In this document: positions 10,432 through 20,856 of the stretch, one piece after another
Numbering within the stretch: position 1 is the stretch's first letter
Layout of the letters: each line of letters begins with the position of its first letter
Assembly (NCBI GenBank): GCA_015062435.1
Contig: SUUR01000006.1
Location: 258 to 64,257, forward strand
Direction of reading: 5' to 3'
Origin: Alphaproteobacteria bacterium
Lineage (GTDB): Bacteria; Pseudomonadota; Alphaproteobacteria; RF32; CAG-239
Length of the DNA: 64,000 nucleotides
The notes under the pieces: model-generated
What the model was told of the DNA's origin: nothing
Seen by the model: the letters and a program-made list of their open reading frames with translations, nothing else
Database searches by the model: none
Made by a program: the position numbers and the translations under genes

Positions 10432-12216
10432 TTATGACTTCCTCTCAGTTGAATTGGTGCGAATTTTTAAAGCTGCAGCATCAGTTTCATCTGCGGCATA
10501 GTCTTTAGCAATAGAGCGGAGTAAGACTTCTGTTTCTGCCATGTGTTCTCCTAATGTGCAGGCAATTTGTTGTACCGTAGCCAAATTTTTGTGAATAACT
10601 TCTTTGGCTCTGGCAGCAATCTGTTCTTTGTGCATCTCTACATTGGTGACATCGTTAATTATTCCGCCGACACTTTGTTTGTCATCTATGTTAAATACGA
10701 CAACATCATACATTTTGTCTTCGTGGCGAATATGTTCTTTATGAATATCTTGTCCGAGTTCTAATGAAGCGGAAAATAAATTGGTAAAACTAATGAAGTC
10801 TCTGAGATTGGCTCCAACAAGGTTTTCATATTCATATATGTCAGAATGTTCATCTTCATTCCAGAACATATCTCTAAATAGATCATTGTATTCCATAATG
10901 TTGAGTTTGGAATCGGCAATAACTATGGGAGAAGGAATACATCTGATTAAGGCATTGGCTTTGCGCTGGGCTTGTTGTTTCATGTGAGAAACACACATTT
11001 CCGGTTCTGCTTTGCCCATCAATAAAGCTTTGGCAAAGTTTCGGCAGGTGTCATAACCGCAACCACCGCAATTTAGCTCATCTTTTGAAGTGAGTTTCCC
11101 TATCTTTGTAAGAATTTTACGAATTTCAGCATCTGAAAAATCTTCATTATCTTCAGATATGTCATGAGGAGAATATATCATTTCAATATCATATGATGAA
11201 CGGCGTTTTCCTGATTGTGTCGTGAATGGACTATTTTTTAGGATTTCCAAACGTTTTTCAAGACCGGCTTTTGATGATGAGGTACATGGGCCGGATACGC
11301 AACCGCCATAACATGCCAAACATTCTAAAAATGTAGGTGAGCTTATTTGAGAAACATCGATATTGGATAATTCATCTTGGATATTATAAATGCCGGTGAT
11401 TTGGGCAGTATATATTTTTTTATCGAGATTATATGCTTTTATGGTTTCTATCATTCCGCCTTCAATGGGATATATGTTTCCTTCTTGTGCTCGATGCGGA
11501 ACAAAAACATCATAAACACCCGGTTTTAGTTTGGAAATATCAATTTCTTCATCTTTGAGCCATTGGCGTAAGTCATTAAAGCTGATAGCTAAACTGAGTA
11601 AATTGGGGTTACGGTCTGCTTCATATTTTTTGGCTATGCAGGGGCCGATAAATATTGTTTCAATTTTAGGTCCGAAAGTTTCTTTTAAAATACGGCAATG
11701 AGCCAGTAGCGGTGATGCTATTTTAGTAAGATGTGGGGTTAGTTCAGGAATGTATTTATTGATATATTCGACAACTGCCGGGCATGCAGTTGATATGAAA
11801 AGTTTGTTTTCTTTTTTCTCTGATGCGGATTTTAGTAAATTGACGGTTTGTGCTGTAACTTCTTGCGCTCCAAGTGCTGTTTCACTAACACCTCGGATAC
11901 CAAGTCGACGAATGGCGGCAACAATTTGTTCTGCAGTATACTCCGGAAATTCGGTAACCCAAGAAGGTGCTAAAGATACATAAATTTCCTTACCGGAAGA
12001 TACCAGAAATTTGGCTCTGGCAAGATCTTCTCTCGGTTGTTTGGCTTTGGAAGGGCATACTTTATAGCATGTACCACATGCAATACATAAATCAGGCACA
12101 ATCATTGCCGAATTATCTTCAATCTTAATGGCTTTGACCGGACATCGGCGTACGCATTTATAGCAGTCCTGACAATCGGTTTTTTCGGTATGGAGGGGAT
12201 ATTCACGCTCAGACAT
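10432..12216 (-). CDS. Sensory [FeFe]-hydrogenase with PAS domain (HydS/HfsB, group C)
   Basis: N-terminal 2x[4Fe-4S]; altered H-cluster motifs STACPAVV, GPCIAKKYEA and ECLACYGGCVSGP; CGGCGYDTC FeS motif; C-terminal PAS-like region. Confidence 0.9.
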   Translation of the reverse strand: MSEREYPLHTEKTDCQDCYKCVRRCPVKAIKIEDNSAMIVPDLCIACGTCYKVCPSKAKQPREDLARAKFLVSSGKEIYVSLAPSWVTEFPEYTAEQIVAAIRRLGIRGVSETALGAQEVTAQTVNLLKSASEKKENKLFISTACPAVVEYINKYIPELTPHLTKIASPLLAHCRILKETFGPKIETIFIGPCIAKKYEADRNPNLLSLAISFNDLRQWLKDEEIDISKLKPGVYDVFVPHRAQEGNIYPIEGGMIETIKAYNLDKKIYTAQITGIYNIQDELSNIDVSQISSPTFLECLACYGGCVSGPCTSSSKAGLEKRLEILKNSPFTTQSGKRRSSYDIEMIYSPHDISEDNEDFSDAEIRKILTKIGKLTSKDELNCGGCGYDTCRNFAKALLMGKAEPEMCVSHMKQQAQRKANALIRCIPSPIVIADSKLNIMEYNDLFRDMFWNEDEHSDIYEYENLVGANLRDFISFTNLFSASLELGQDIHKEHIRHEDKMYDVVVFNIDDKQSVGGIINDVTNVEMHKEQIAARAKEVIHKNLATVQQIACTLGEHMAETEVLLRSIAKDYAADETDAAALKIRTNSTERKS

Positions 12217-12230
12217 AGTAATTCTTTCTG

Positions 12231-12476
12231 TTAGGAAATGTTAAAGTGTTTTTCTAAAATATCAAGCAAAGTGCCACTATCAATATTGTTATATTCCTGA
12301 TCATCAATAGTGATGTTCGGACCTTTGGAACAGTTATTACAACATCGTAATCCGCTTAGTTCAATGGTAGCATCAAGTTGGTGCTTGTTGATAAAGTCTT
12401 GAATTATTTGTAAATTTTTGGCATTGCCTCGTGCAAAACAGGAGCTACCCATACAAACTTTGATGTGAGAAGCCAT
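12231..12476 (-). CDS. Thioredoxin-like [2Fe-2S] ferredoxin (HfsA-like)
   Basis: VCMGSSCFARGN ... CCNNCSKGPN. Start moved to ATG 12476, which has a ggag RBS. Confidence 0.85.
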   Translation of the reverse strand: MASHIKVCMGSSCFARGNAKNLQIIQDFINKHQLDATIELSGLRCCNNCSKGPNITIDDQEYNNIDSGTLLDILEKHFNIS

Positions 12477-12559
12477 AATTACTCCTAGTGAATGGTTAAG
12501 ATTATTGCAGATTATATCGTTATGCTTAAAAAATTGCAATAATTTGTTTGTTTTATAAC

Positions 12560-14518
12560 TTATTTATCAGGAGTTGTTATATTTGGGGTAATCTTATCCT
12601 CATTTGCAGTAGTTTCTTCCGAAGTTCTGCGACCTTTAAGGTTGGTTAAAAATTGAGTTTCTATTTTCATATATTGATTGAACAACCATTTTGATTGGAA
12701 CAAAACCAATATAGATATAAATAGCATGAGCATGGTAACTTTGGGGTTTTCAGTTAAAAATTGATGGATCGTGATTACAATGAAAAACATTACCACTAAT
12801 AGGCGAAAACTGGTGAGAAGGATTAATGGTAAGCGGTTTAATTTTTTGGAAGACCATAGTTTGAAATAAAGGGCTGCGATTTTTTGGTTTGATACAAAAA
12901 AGTTTTTAATATTTTCGCTTTCTTCCGTGATGTGGCAAAAACCGAATTTATTTTCAAGTTTACGAAGCAGATTTTGTCTGATTTCTTCTTGTTTTGATTT
13001 ATGGCTGAATTTGCACAACAATGCTGCTATTTTTTCTTTGAAATAGATAGGAATAATGGTTTCCCAACCAATGAGTGCTTTTAGGAACGGAGCCATGATC
13101 GTAAGGGTGATGGTTGTTACGATTATACGACCGAAAAGATTAGGAAAATGTTCGTGAATAAAGGGTTTTATAAAATATGCCGATATTCCCATTATGGCGG
13201 AAAGAATCATTGAAAATAGGATTAGGCGAAGAGAATAGTTCTTGAACAGTAGTTTCCAACGACGTTCCTCCATTTTGGATTCATCTGCAAGAATGGTGGT
13301 GCGTTCAATGTATTTGTTCCAATTTGAAGGTAAGGCTTTACTTATGCGCTTATAAACAGGATCTGCCGCTTTTATCATCATTGGGGTTAGGAATGTTGTG
13401 ATTACGGATACGGCAACAATAATAGGATATACTTTGGCGCTTAATACTCCCAGACTCATACCTAAAGAGGCAATAATAAATGCAAATTCACCTACTTGAG
13501 CTAACGAAAATCCACCGGATATGGAGGTTTTGAGATTCTGTCCCGAAAATAAAAATCCAAAACAAGAAAAGACAACTTTACCGAGAATAACAATTAAGGT
13601 TATAATGAAAATCGGCCACGCATAAGTAATAAACATTGAAGGATCTACCATCATTCCGACAGATACAAAAAATACGGCACCAAAAAAGTCTTTTAAGGGT
13701 TTTAAAACGTTTTCTATTCGAGTTATTATCTCGGTATCAGCTAATATCGAACCCATGATAAAAGCTCCCAGTGCTGAAGAAAAACCGGAAAATGTGGCCA
13801 GAAGCACCATGCCAAAACATAAGCTGATGGTTATTAATAAAAGCATTTCATCGTTTAAAAATGCAGATATTTTTTTTAACAAAGTCGGAACAAGATAAAT
13901 TCCGGTAATGAAACACAATACTAAGAAACAAATTAATTTTAATGTACTTAGAGCTAATTCTTCACTATTAATATTTGAACCAAGTGCAATGGTGGGAAGT
14001 AATACCAAAAGCAAAATACCTACAATATCTTCAACAACCAATACTCCGAAAACTAAGTCGGTAAATTTTTGTTTTTTGATGTTGAGGTCATCAAATGCTT
14101 TAATAATAATTGTGGTGGAAGACATTGATATCATACTGCCTAAAAAGAAGCTATCAATAGTTGACCAACCAAGCATAAGTCCGACATTGTATCCTAAAAA
14201 CAGCATGAATAAAATATTGGCCATAGCCGTTATCATGGCCGATTTGCCAACATTTATCATTTTGGTGAAACTAAACTCTAATCCTAAGCTGAACAGTAGA
14301 AAAATAACGCCGATATCAGCCCATAAAACTAAATTTTTTTGATCAGAGATGGTGGGTAAAAAATTAAAATGCGGACCTACTAATATACCGGCAAGAATAT
14401 AGCCTAAAACAATGGGTTGTTTGAGCTTTTTAAATATAAGTGTTACAATGGCTGCATAAATTGTTATGAGCGTCAGGTCTATCATCAATGTATGAATTGA
14501 GTGCATATCTTTTTCCAT
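12560..14518 (-). CDS. CPA2-family cation:proton antiporter
   Basis: LGYILAGILVGP, GVIFLLFSLGLEFS, SSTTII, LVVEDI and QVGEFAFII motifs; many transmembrane helices. Confidence 0.9.
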   Translation of the reverse strand: MEKDMHSIHTLMIDLTLITIYAAIVTLIFKKLKQPIVLGYILAGILVGPHFNFLPTISDQKNLVLWADIGVIFLLFSLGLEFSFTKMINVGKSAMITAMANILFMLFLGYNVGLMLGWSTIDSFFLGSMISMSSTTIIIKAFDDLNIKKQKFTDLVFGVLVVEDIVGILLLVLLPTIALGSNINSEELALSTLKLICFLVLCFITGIYLVPTLLKKISAFLNDEMLLLITISLCFGMVLLATFSGFSSALGAFIMGSILADTEIITRIENVLKPLKDFFGAVFFVSVGMMVDPSMFITYAWPIFIITLIVILGKVVFSCFGFLFSGQNLKTSISGGFSLAQVGEFAFIIASLGMSLGVLSAKVYPIIVAVSVITTFLTPMMIKAADPVYKRISKALPSNWNKYIERTTILADESKMEERRWKLLFKNYSLRLILFSMILSAIMGISAYFIKPFIHEHFPNLFGRIIVTTITLTIMAPFLKALIGWETIIPIYFKEKIAALLCKFSHKSKQEEIRQNLLRKLENKFGFCHITEESENIKNFFVSNQKIAALYFKLWSSKKLNRLPLILLTSFRLLVVMFFIVITIHQFLTENPKVTMLMLFISILVLFQSKWLFNQYMKIETQFLTNLKGRRTSEETTANEDKITPNITTPDK

Positions 14519-14625
14519 CAATAGTTTTTTGCCAATTATTATTAACAACAAAATATTAATTTATATTAAAATTTGTAGTATTTTTTTGTAAATTTATTAA
14601 TATAAAAAAATGTCGGAGATAAGTA

Positions 14626-15840
14626 ATGAATAAAAATTTTTATGTAACACCAAGAGGACTTAGGACAATTATAACTATAATCGGAAGACGTAATGCCGGT
14701 AAGTCTTCTTTGATTAATGCGCTTTGCGAACAAAATGTGGCTATTGTATCTGCACAGGCAGGGACAACTACCGATGCAGTGGCAAAACCATATGAGTTGT
14801 TTCCTATCGGGCCGGTTACTTTTTATGATACCGCCGGTCTTGATGATGAAGGTGATCTCGGTATTCAGCGGATTAATGCTACCAATAAAATTATTACAAA
14901 ATCAGATATAGTGTTAATAGTGATAGGAAACGACGGATTACAAGAAAATGATTTTGAAATAATCCGACGAATCCGAGAAATGAATATTCCATTTGCGGTA
15001 ATTTTTAATAAAACAGATATTGCTATTCCAAAAATTGAAGATAAGAAATGGGTGAAAAAACATAATATTCCATTTGTTGAAGTTTCTGCTGAACATAAGG
15101 ATAATATTGATAATTTGAAAAAATTAATTGTCGAATTAGTACCGGCAGAAAATATAAAAAATCCGGAGATTGCCAGTGATCTATTTGAAAAAGGTGATGT
15201 CGTGGTGTTGGTGACGCCTGTTGATTACTCCGCTCCGAAAGGAAGATTGATTCTGCCACAAGTACAAGTATTGCGAGAAATATTGGATAAAGGAGCAAAG
15301 GGAATCGTAGTGCAAGATGGTGAATTAGAAGATTTATTAGGTATTTTAAATACCAAACCTGCGTTAGTGATTGCTGATTCAAAAGTTATAATGAAAGTGG
15401 CATCAATTGTTCCTAAAGAGATACCTTTGACTACGTTTTCGATTTTGTTTGCGAGGAATAAAGGTGATATCGAAACACTGTTTGCCGGTGCAATGGTAAT
15501 CGATAAACTGAAAGATGGTGATAAAATTTTAATAGCAGAAGCTTGTTCTCATCATGTTCAAGAAGATGATATCGGAAAAGTTAAAATTCCTAATTTAATT
15601 AAAAAGTATACAGGAAAAAATTTGGAATTTGATTTTTGTCAGGGAATAGATTTTCCGGAAAATATGGAACAATACTCTTTAGTGGTACATTGTGGCGGGT
15701 GTATGATTAATCGTATGGAAATGATGTATCGAATGAGAGAATGTGTTTGTAGAGGTGTTAAAATTTCAAATTACGGGGTGGTAATTTCTAAAACACAAGG
15801 TGTGTTAGACAGAGTTTTAGCTCCGTTAGGTTTGACTTAG
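14626..15840 (+). CDS. hydF: [FeFe]-hydrogenase maturation GTPase HydF
   Basis: GRRNAGKSS, DTAG and NKTD GTPase motifs, APKGRLILPQVQ, CxH ... HCGGC. Confidence 0.95.
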   Translation: MNKNFYVTPRGLRTIITIIGRRNAGKSSLINALCEQNVAIVSAQAGTTTDAVAKPYELFPIGPVTFYDTAGLDDEGDLGIQRINATNKIITKSDIVLIVIGNDGLQENDFEIIRRIREMNIPFAVIFNKTDIAIPKIEDKKWVKKHNIPFVEVSAEHKDNIDNLKKLIVELVPAENIKNPEIASDLFEKGDVVVLVTPVDYSAPKGRLILPQVQVLREILDKGAKGIVVQDGELEDLLGILNTKPALVIADSKVIMKVASIVPKEIPLTTFSILFARNKGDIETLFAGAMVIDKLKDGDKILIAEACSHHVQEDDIGKVKIPNLIKKYTGKNLEFDFCQGIDFPENMEQYSLVVHCGGCMINRMEMMYRMRECVCRGVKISNYGVVISKTQGVLDRVLAPLGLT

Positions 15841-15904
15841 TTTTGTCAACATCTTTTAACTTTATATTAATCATATTTGATTATATAAGGTTGAGAGGTG
15901 TTTT

Positions 15905-16471
15905 ATGGAATATTGTATTTGTTTTATATGTTTTGTTGCAATAATTTTTAATCTTTATTGGATTATCAGTTATGCTTGTTCGCATTTAGGAAAATATCCA
16001 CCTTTTATAATCTCTATGGGAGAATCAAAGGAAGTAGTTGTTAAAGTAGCTTCCGATTATTTGGCAAAATCTGATCATCAGTTGAATATTGTAGATTTGG
16101 GATGTGGTTGCGGTAGTTTACTGTTACCATTGGCAAAAAAGTTTCCAAAGCATCAATTTATTGGTATAGAAAGAGATATTGTTGCTTATATTATGATGAA
16201 ATTGCGTTCATATAAATATGATAATATAAGGGTTATTTATGGTAATTTTATGGAGTGTAATTGGGCTAAATATGATGTGTTTTTATGTTATGTAGGAAAT
16301 GAAATTGCTCCATATATATCGCAAAAGGTAAAAAAAGAAGCTAAAGAAAGAGCTATTTTAATTTCAGAAACTTTTATGATACCGGAATTATATTTAATTA
16401 ATGAAATAAGTGTGAAAACATATGGGTTAGCACTAAAAATTTTTATTTATAATATTTTTGATACAAAATAA
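15905..16471 (+). CDS. Class I SAM-dependent methyltransferase with N-terminal membrane anchor
   Basis: VDLGCGCG motif I, GIE, hydrophobic N-terminus, PPF motif. Confidence 0.8.
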   Translation: MEYCICFICFVAIIFNLYWIISYACSHLGKYPPFIISMGESKEVVVKVASDYLAKSDHQLNIVDLGCGCGSLLLPLAKKFPKHQFIGIERDIVAYIMMKLRSYKYDNIRVIYGNFMECNWAKYDVFLCYVGNEIAPYISQKVKKEAKERAILISETFMIPELYLINEISVKTYGLALKIFIYNIFDTK

Positions 16472-16487
16472 AAGTTTATGATTGCAT

Positions 16488-17846
16488 TTAATCGTTTTCT
16501 AAGTTTGTTACAATCTGTTCGGTGATTTGTTTGGCGTCACCGTATAGCATGAGAGTGTTTTCGGCAAAAAACAACGGATTTTCAATACCGGAATAACCGT
16601 TTGCCAGTGAGCGTTTTACAAAAAATATGGTTTTGGATTTTTCTACATCAAGAACAGGCATTCCGTAAATAGGTGAAGATATATCTGTTTTGGCCAACGG
16701 ATTTGTTATGTCATTGGCTCCGATTACATAAGCAACATCTGTGGTGATAAATTCTCTATTTATGTCATCTAGTGTAAAAACATCTTCATAGGGAACGTTT
16801 GCTTCTGCTAACAAAACATTCATGTGTCCAGGCATTCTCCCCGCAACCGGATGAATGGCGTATTTGACTTCTACGTGATATTTATTCTGTAAAATTTCTG
16901 CCATTTCTTTTAAAACATATTGAGCTTGTGCAACAGCCATTCCATAACCGGGAACAATGATTATTTTATTGGCATTTTCCATTATAAAGGCTGCATCTCG
17001 TGCATTTGCAGGTTTTGCAATTTTTGTTTCTGCCTCATTTGATTGCAATCTGTCAAAATCGGAAAGTCCTCCCGTGATTACATTTAACAAAGAACGATTC
17101 ATGGATTTTACCATAATATAAGATAAAATACTACCACTTGCACCGACAATTGAGCCAACAATGATAAGTAAAACGTTGTTTAGTGAAAAACCAATGCCTA
17201 CGGCAGCCCAACCGGAATAAGAATTTAGAATCGAAATTATGACGGGCATATCAGCTCCGCCGATAGGCAGTACCAGTAATATACCTAAAATTATGGTTGA
17301 GATACCTAATATGTAAAATATTATAGGATTGTGCGAAATTATAAATATGAATAAAAGTGATAATATACAAAAAGTCAGGATTAAATTTAATAGGTGTTGG
17401 TGGTTAAATTTTGTAATTTGAGATGAGATAATCCCTTGTAATTTGGCAAATGCTATCATTGAGCCTGAAAAGGCAATGCCACCGATAATGATGCCGATGG
17501 AATTGTCTAAATATGATGTTGACCCGGAAATAATGGAGGCTAAGGCGATAAAAACAGCAGACAGTCCTCCCAGTCCGTTAAAAATAGCAATTGTTTGCGG
17601 AAGTGATGTCATTTTAGTTTTTAAAGCAATGTAAATTCCAACTCCACCACCGAATAATGTTATAATCAAAGGGTAAACTTTATCATTAACTTGTTGAGAA
17701 AATAAGGTGGTAATGATAGCTATTATCATACCGAAGATACCGATTAAGTTGCCTTGTCTGGCAGTTTGTGGAGAAGATAATCCTCTGATTGCCAAAATAA
17801 ACATAATACCGGTAATAATGTTGATGAAGGAAATAAATCCGGACAT
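16488..17846 (-). CDS. pntB: NAD(P) transhydrogenase beta subunit
   Basis: IGGADMPVIISILNSYSG, VPGYGMAVAQAQ, IHPVAGRMPGHMNVLLAEA. Confidence 0.97.
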   Translation of the reverse strand: MSGFISFINIITGIMFILAIRGLSSPQTARQGNLIGIFGMIIAIITTLFSQQVNDKVYPLIITLFGGGVGIYIALKTKMTSLPQTIAIFNGLGGLSAVFIALASIISGSTSYLDNSIGIIIGGIAFSGSMIAFAKLQGIISSQITKFNHQHLLNLILTFCILSLLFIFIISHNPIIFYILGISTIILGILLVLPIGGADMPVIISILNSYSGWAAVGIGFSLNNVLLIIVGSIVGASGSILSYIMVKSMNRSLLNVITGGLSDFDRLQSNEAETKIAKPANARDAAFIMENANKIIIVPGYGMAVAQAQYVLKEMAEILQNKYHVEVKYAIHPVAGRMPGHMNVLLAEANVPYEDVFTLDDINREFITTDVAYVIGANDITNPLAKTDISSPIYGMPVLDVEKSKTIFFVKRSLANGYSGIENPLFFAENTLMLYGDAKQITEQIVTNLEND

Positions 17847-18130
17847 TATTTTTTCTCCTTTTTCTTAAACATTATTAACATACGGTAAGAAAGTATAAAT
17901 CCGCCAAATATATTGATTGCAGCAAAAAATATGGCACATAAGCCTAAAATTTTTCCGGTGGTGAAATATGGAGTGCCGGCTGAAATTATGGCTCCGATAA
18001 TAATGATTCCGGATATGGCATTGGTTACGCTCATTAATGGTGAATGTAGTGACGGAGTTACTCCCCATACTACAAAGTAACCAACAAAGCAAGCTAAGCA
18101 AAAAATGGTTAGTAAACTCCAAAAATCCAT
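17846..18130 (-). CDS. pntAB: NAD(P) transhydrogenase alpha subunit part 2
   Basis: VTPSLHSPLMSVTNAISG, INIFGGF. Confidence 0.93.
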   Translation of the reverse strand: MDFWSLLTIFCLACFVGYFVVWGVTPSLHSPLMSVTNAISGIIIIGAIISAGTPYFTTGKILGLCAIFFAAINIFGGFILSYRMLIMFKKKEKK

Positions 18131-18135
18131 AGTTT

Positions 18136-19221
18136 TTATCCTTTGATATCTGTTTGTTTATTATGGTTGATGCAGGTTGATAAAATAATTTCGTCTTTAA
18201 AATTTAAATTGATGTTTTGTTTTTCTGCAGAGTATATATATTTGATAAAGTTAAATATATTTTGTGCTAAAAGTTGGCTGGCAGAATAAGGAAGTTCACT
18301 TACTAAATTACCTCCGCCAAAAATTTTGATATGATTAAATAATGTGATTTTATCCGTGATACTACCTTCTACATTTCCTCCATTGGAAGATGCCATGTCG
18401 ATAACAACGGAATTTGGCGGAAGAAGTTTTAACATGTTTTTATCAATCAGGCAGGGTGCGTGTTTGCCGATAGTTAAAGCGGAAGTAATAACAACATCTG
18501 TTTGCGGAAGTTGTTGTTTGATGGCTTTTTTTTGTAGGCGCAAAAATGTTTTGGGTGATTTTTGAATGTGTGTGTTATTATTTCCGACGGATAAAAAACG
18601 TCCTCCTAAAGATTCAATTTGTTCTTTAACTTCCGGTCTGGTGTCAGAGGCAAAGACAATTGCTCCTAAGCGTTTGGCAGTAGCGATTGCTTGTAAACCG
18701 GCAACTCCTACTCCAAGAATCAGAACTTTGGCCGCAGGTATTGTACCAGCAGCGGTCATCATTAAAGGAGCTGATTTGGGTAACATAGAAAAGGCTTTGA
18801 TTACGGCTTGGTATCCGGCAAGATTATTTTGTGATGATAATATATCCATGTTTTGAGCTCTGGATATGCGAGGAATTCTTTCAAGAGCAAAACAAATGAC
18901 TTCTTTTTTAATAAGTTCAATCGGAATATTGTTGTTAAAATTAGAAATAATAATGTTTTTAGAGGTAAAAAGAGACATTTCTTTAGTTGTAGGAGGATTG
19001 ATTTTGATGATAATATCTGCATTTTTTATGGTTGCAGAAAGAGTTTTTTTGATGGTTGCTCCGGAAGATGAATATGAATCATCGTCAAAACCGGCAGCTT
19101 CTCCGGCTTTGCTTTCAATTTGAACCTTAAAACCAATATCTATATAAAGTTTTACCGTTTGGGGAGTTATTGCAACTCTGGTTTCATTGGGCAGTGTTTC
19201 TTTGAGAACAGCAATAATCAT
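18136..19221 (-). CDS. pntAA: NAD(P) transhydrogenase alpha subunit part 1
   Basis: ETRVAITP, PRISRAQNMDILSSQ, GVGVAGLQAIATAKRLGA. Confidence 0.93.
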   Translation of the reverse strand: MIIAVLKETLPNETRVAITPQTVKLYIDIGFKVQIESKAGEAAGFDDDSYSSSGATIKKTLSATIKNADIIIKINPPTTKEMSLFTSKNIIISNFNNNIPIELIKKEVICFALERIPRISRAQNMDILSSQNNLAGYQAVIKAFSMLPKSAPLMMTAAGTIPAAKVLILGVGVAGLQAIATAKRLGAIVFASDTRPEVKEQIESLGGRFLSVGNNNTHIQKSPKTFLRLQKKAIKQQLPQTDVVITSALTIGKHAPCLIDKNMLKLLPPNSVVIDMASSNGGNVEGSITDKITLFNHIKIFGGGNLVSELPYSASQLLAQNIFNFIKYIYSAEKQNINLNFKDEIILSTCINHNKQTDIKG

Positions 19222-19353
19222 GGAATTTATCCGTTAAAGTTATATGATTGATATTTATATAATCACTGTTTTTTAAATTTAATAATTTGCAATTAACTTT
19301 ATATAAATTTAAAGCGTGTATTTTGGGCTAATGATGGTTAAAAGGGTGGACTT

Positions 19354-19896
19354 ATGAGCGTGTTTAGTTTGTTGATAATGTTTTTTAAAATAGGATTGTT
19401 TACCTTTGGAGGCGGGTATGCAATGTTACCGTTATTGCGAACGGAAGTAGTTAATAAACACCGACTTATGGAAGAAGATGAGCTGTTGGATATATATGCT
19501 ATCGGGCAATGTACTCCGGGTATTATTGCAATTAATGTGGCAACATTTGTCGGATATAAACAAAAAGGAGTTTTGGGGGCTATATGTGCAACTTTGGGAA
19601 TGATCTTACCATCTCTGATTATTATCACTTTGGTGGCAACCATACTAAAAAATTATATGCATAATCGTTATGTATCTTATGCTTTCGCAGGTATCAGGGT
19701 TTGTGTTGTGGCATTGATTGCTGATGTTGTTTATGATTTGTGGCGTAAAAATGTGAAGTTGCTATCTGATAAAATAATTTTTGTGTTGGCGGTATTGTTG
19801 CTGGTCTTTTTTAATGTGGGAGCGATGTGGATCGTAATAATATCGGCAGTTACTGCTTGGGGATTGAGCGAGTTGAAAAGGTATAAGCGTAAATGA
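19354..19896 (+). CDS. Short-chain chromate transporter (CHR) subunit 1
   Basis: FFKIGLFTFGGGYAM, GQCTPGIIAINVATFVGY. Confidence 0.9.
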   Translation: MSVFSLLIMFFKIGLFTFGGGYAMLPLLRTEVVNKHRLMEEDELLDIYAIGQCTPGIIAINVATFVGYKQKGVLGAICATLGMILPSLIIITLVATILKNYMHNRYVSYAFAGIRVCVVALIADVVYDLWRKNVKLLSDKIIFVLAVLLLVFFNVGAMWIVIISAVTAWGLSELKRYKRK

Positions 19897-20411
19897 TTTA
19901 TGTGTTGTTATTTTGTGAGTTCTTTAAGATAGGAATGTTTGCAATCGGTGGAGGTTTGGTTACAGTTCCGTTTTTGTTTGATTTATCGGAAAAATATACT
20001 TGGTTTAGTATAAAAGAACTTTCAAATATGATTGCTATCTCAGAATCAACGCCAGGTCCGTTGGGAGTTAATATGGCAACTTATGCCGGATTTTCGGCAG
20101 AAGGGATTATGGGAGGTATTATTGCAACTTTAGGATTGGTAGCGCCATCTGTAATTGCAATAATTATTATTGCAAAATTAATGGATAAATATAAGTGTAA
20201 TACCATAGTTCATGATATTTTGGCAGGAATCCGTCCGGCAGTTTTGGCGTTGATATTATTGGCCGGTATGGAAATTGCTGAAATGTCGGTGACAAATGTG
20301 CTTTCAGGGGCGTTGTTTGCAATATTATTGGTTTCGATACATTTTTGGAAAAAAAGTCCGATTTTTTATTTATGCCTATCTGCGATAATCGGAATCGCAC
20401 TTAAATTATAA
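19893..20411 (+). CDS. Short-chain chromate transporter (CHR) subunit 2
   Basis: FFKIGMFAIGGG, SESTPGPLGVNMATYAG. Overlaps the stop of its partner. Confidence 0.9.
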   Translation: MIYVLLFCEFFKIGMFAIGGGLVTVPFLFDLSEKYTWFSIKELSNMIAISESTPGPLGVNMATYAGFSAEGIMGGIIATLGLVAPSVIAIIIIAKLMDKYKCNTIVHDILAGIRPAVLALILLAGMEIAEMSVTNVLSGALFAILLVSIHFWKKSPIFYLCLSAIIGIALKL

Positions 20412-20436
20412 AAAAAAGCCACTTATTAAGTGGCTT
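20410..20436 (-). terminator. Terminator between convergent chr and gapR
   Basis: A-run followed by aagccactta-t-taagtggctt. Confidence 0.7.
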
Positions 20437-20441
20437 GGTGA

Positions 20442-20699
20442 TTAAATATCAAGAGCTTTACGGTAGGTTTCCAATAAAAATTCTTGTTCATCTCGGTCAG
20501 CGGCGTTCATTTTGCGCAGTTTGAGAACCGCTCTCATGATTTTTACATCGAATCCGGCTGATTTGGCCTCAGCAAATACGTCTCTGACATCAGAAGCAAT
20601 GGCAGCTTTTTCTTCTTCCAAATGCTCAATTCTTTCAATCAAAGAACGGAGGCGGTCGGCTGCAATGCCACCTACTTCTGAATTATTTTCTTCACTCAT
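20442..20699 (-). CDS. gapR: Nucleoid-associated protein GapR (DUF2312)
   Basis: LRSLIERIEHLEEEKAAIASDVRDVFAEAKSAGFDVKIMRAVLKLRK ... YRKAL. Confidence 0.93.
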   Translation of the reverse strand: MSEENNSEVGGIAADRLRSLIERIEHLEEEKAAIASDVRDVFAEAKSAGFDVKIMRAVLKLRKMNAADRDEQEFLLETYRKALDI

Positions 20700-20856
20700 T
20701 TTTTTCTCCTCATTTAGGTTTATATTGTAGTGATGAATAGCAAATTTTGAAAAAATTTACAAGTAATAATTTGTGTGAAGATATTGATAAAAATAACAGC
20801 TTATTAACCTATTTGTTATATATTAGCCATAGTTTTTTAACAGTAAGGATTATAAC

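Noticed and set aside
12480-12560. Rex or FNR operator for the hydrogenase operons (also checked 63120-63290)
   Set aside because: No convincing TTGTGAA-N4-TTCACAA or TTGAT-N4-ATCAA match.
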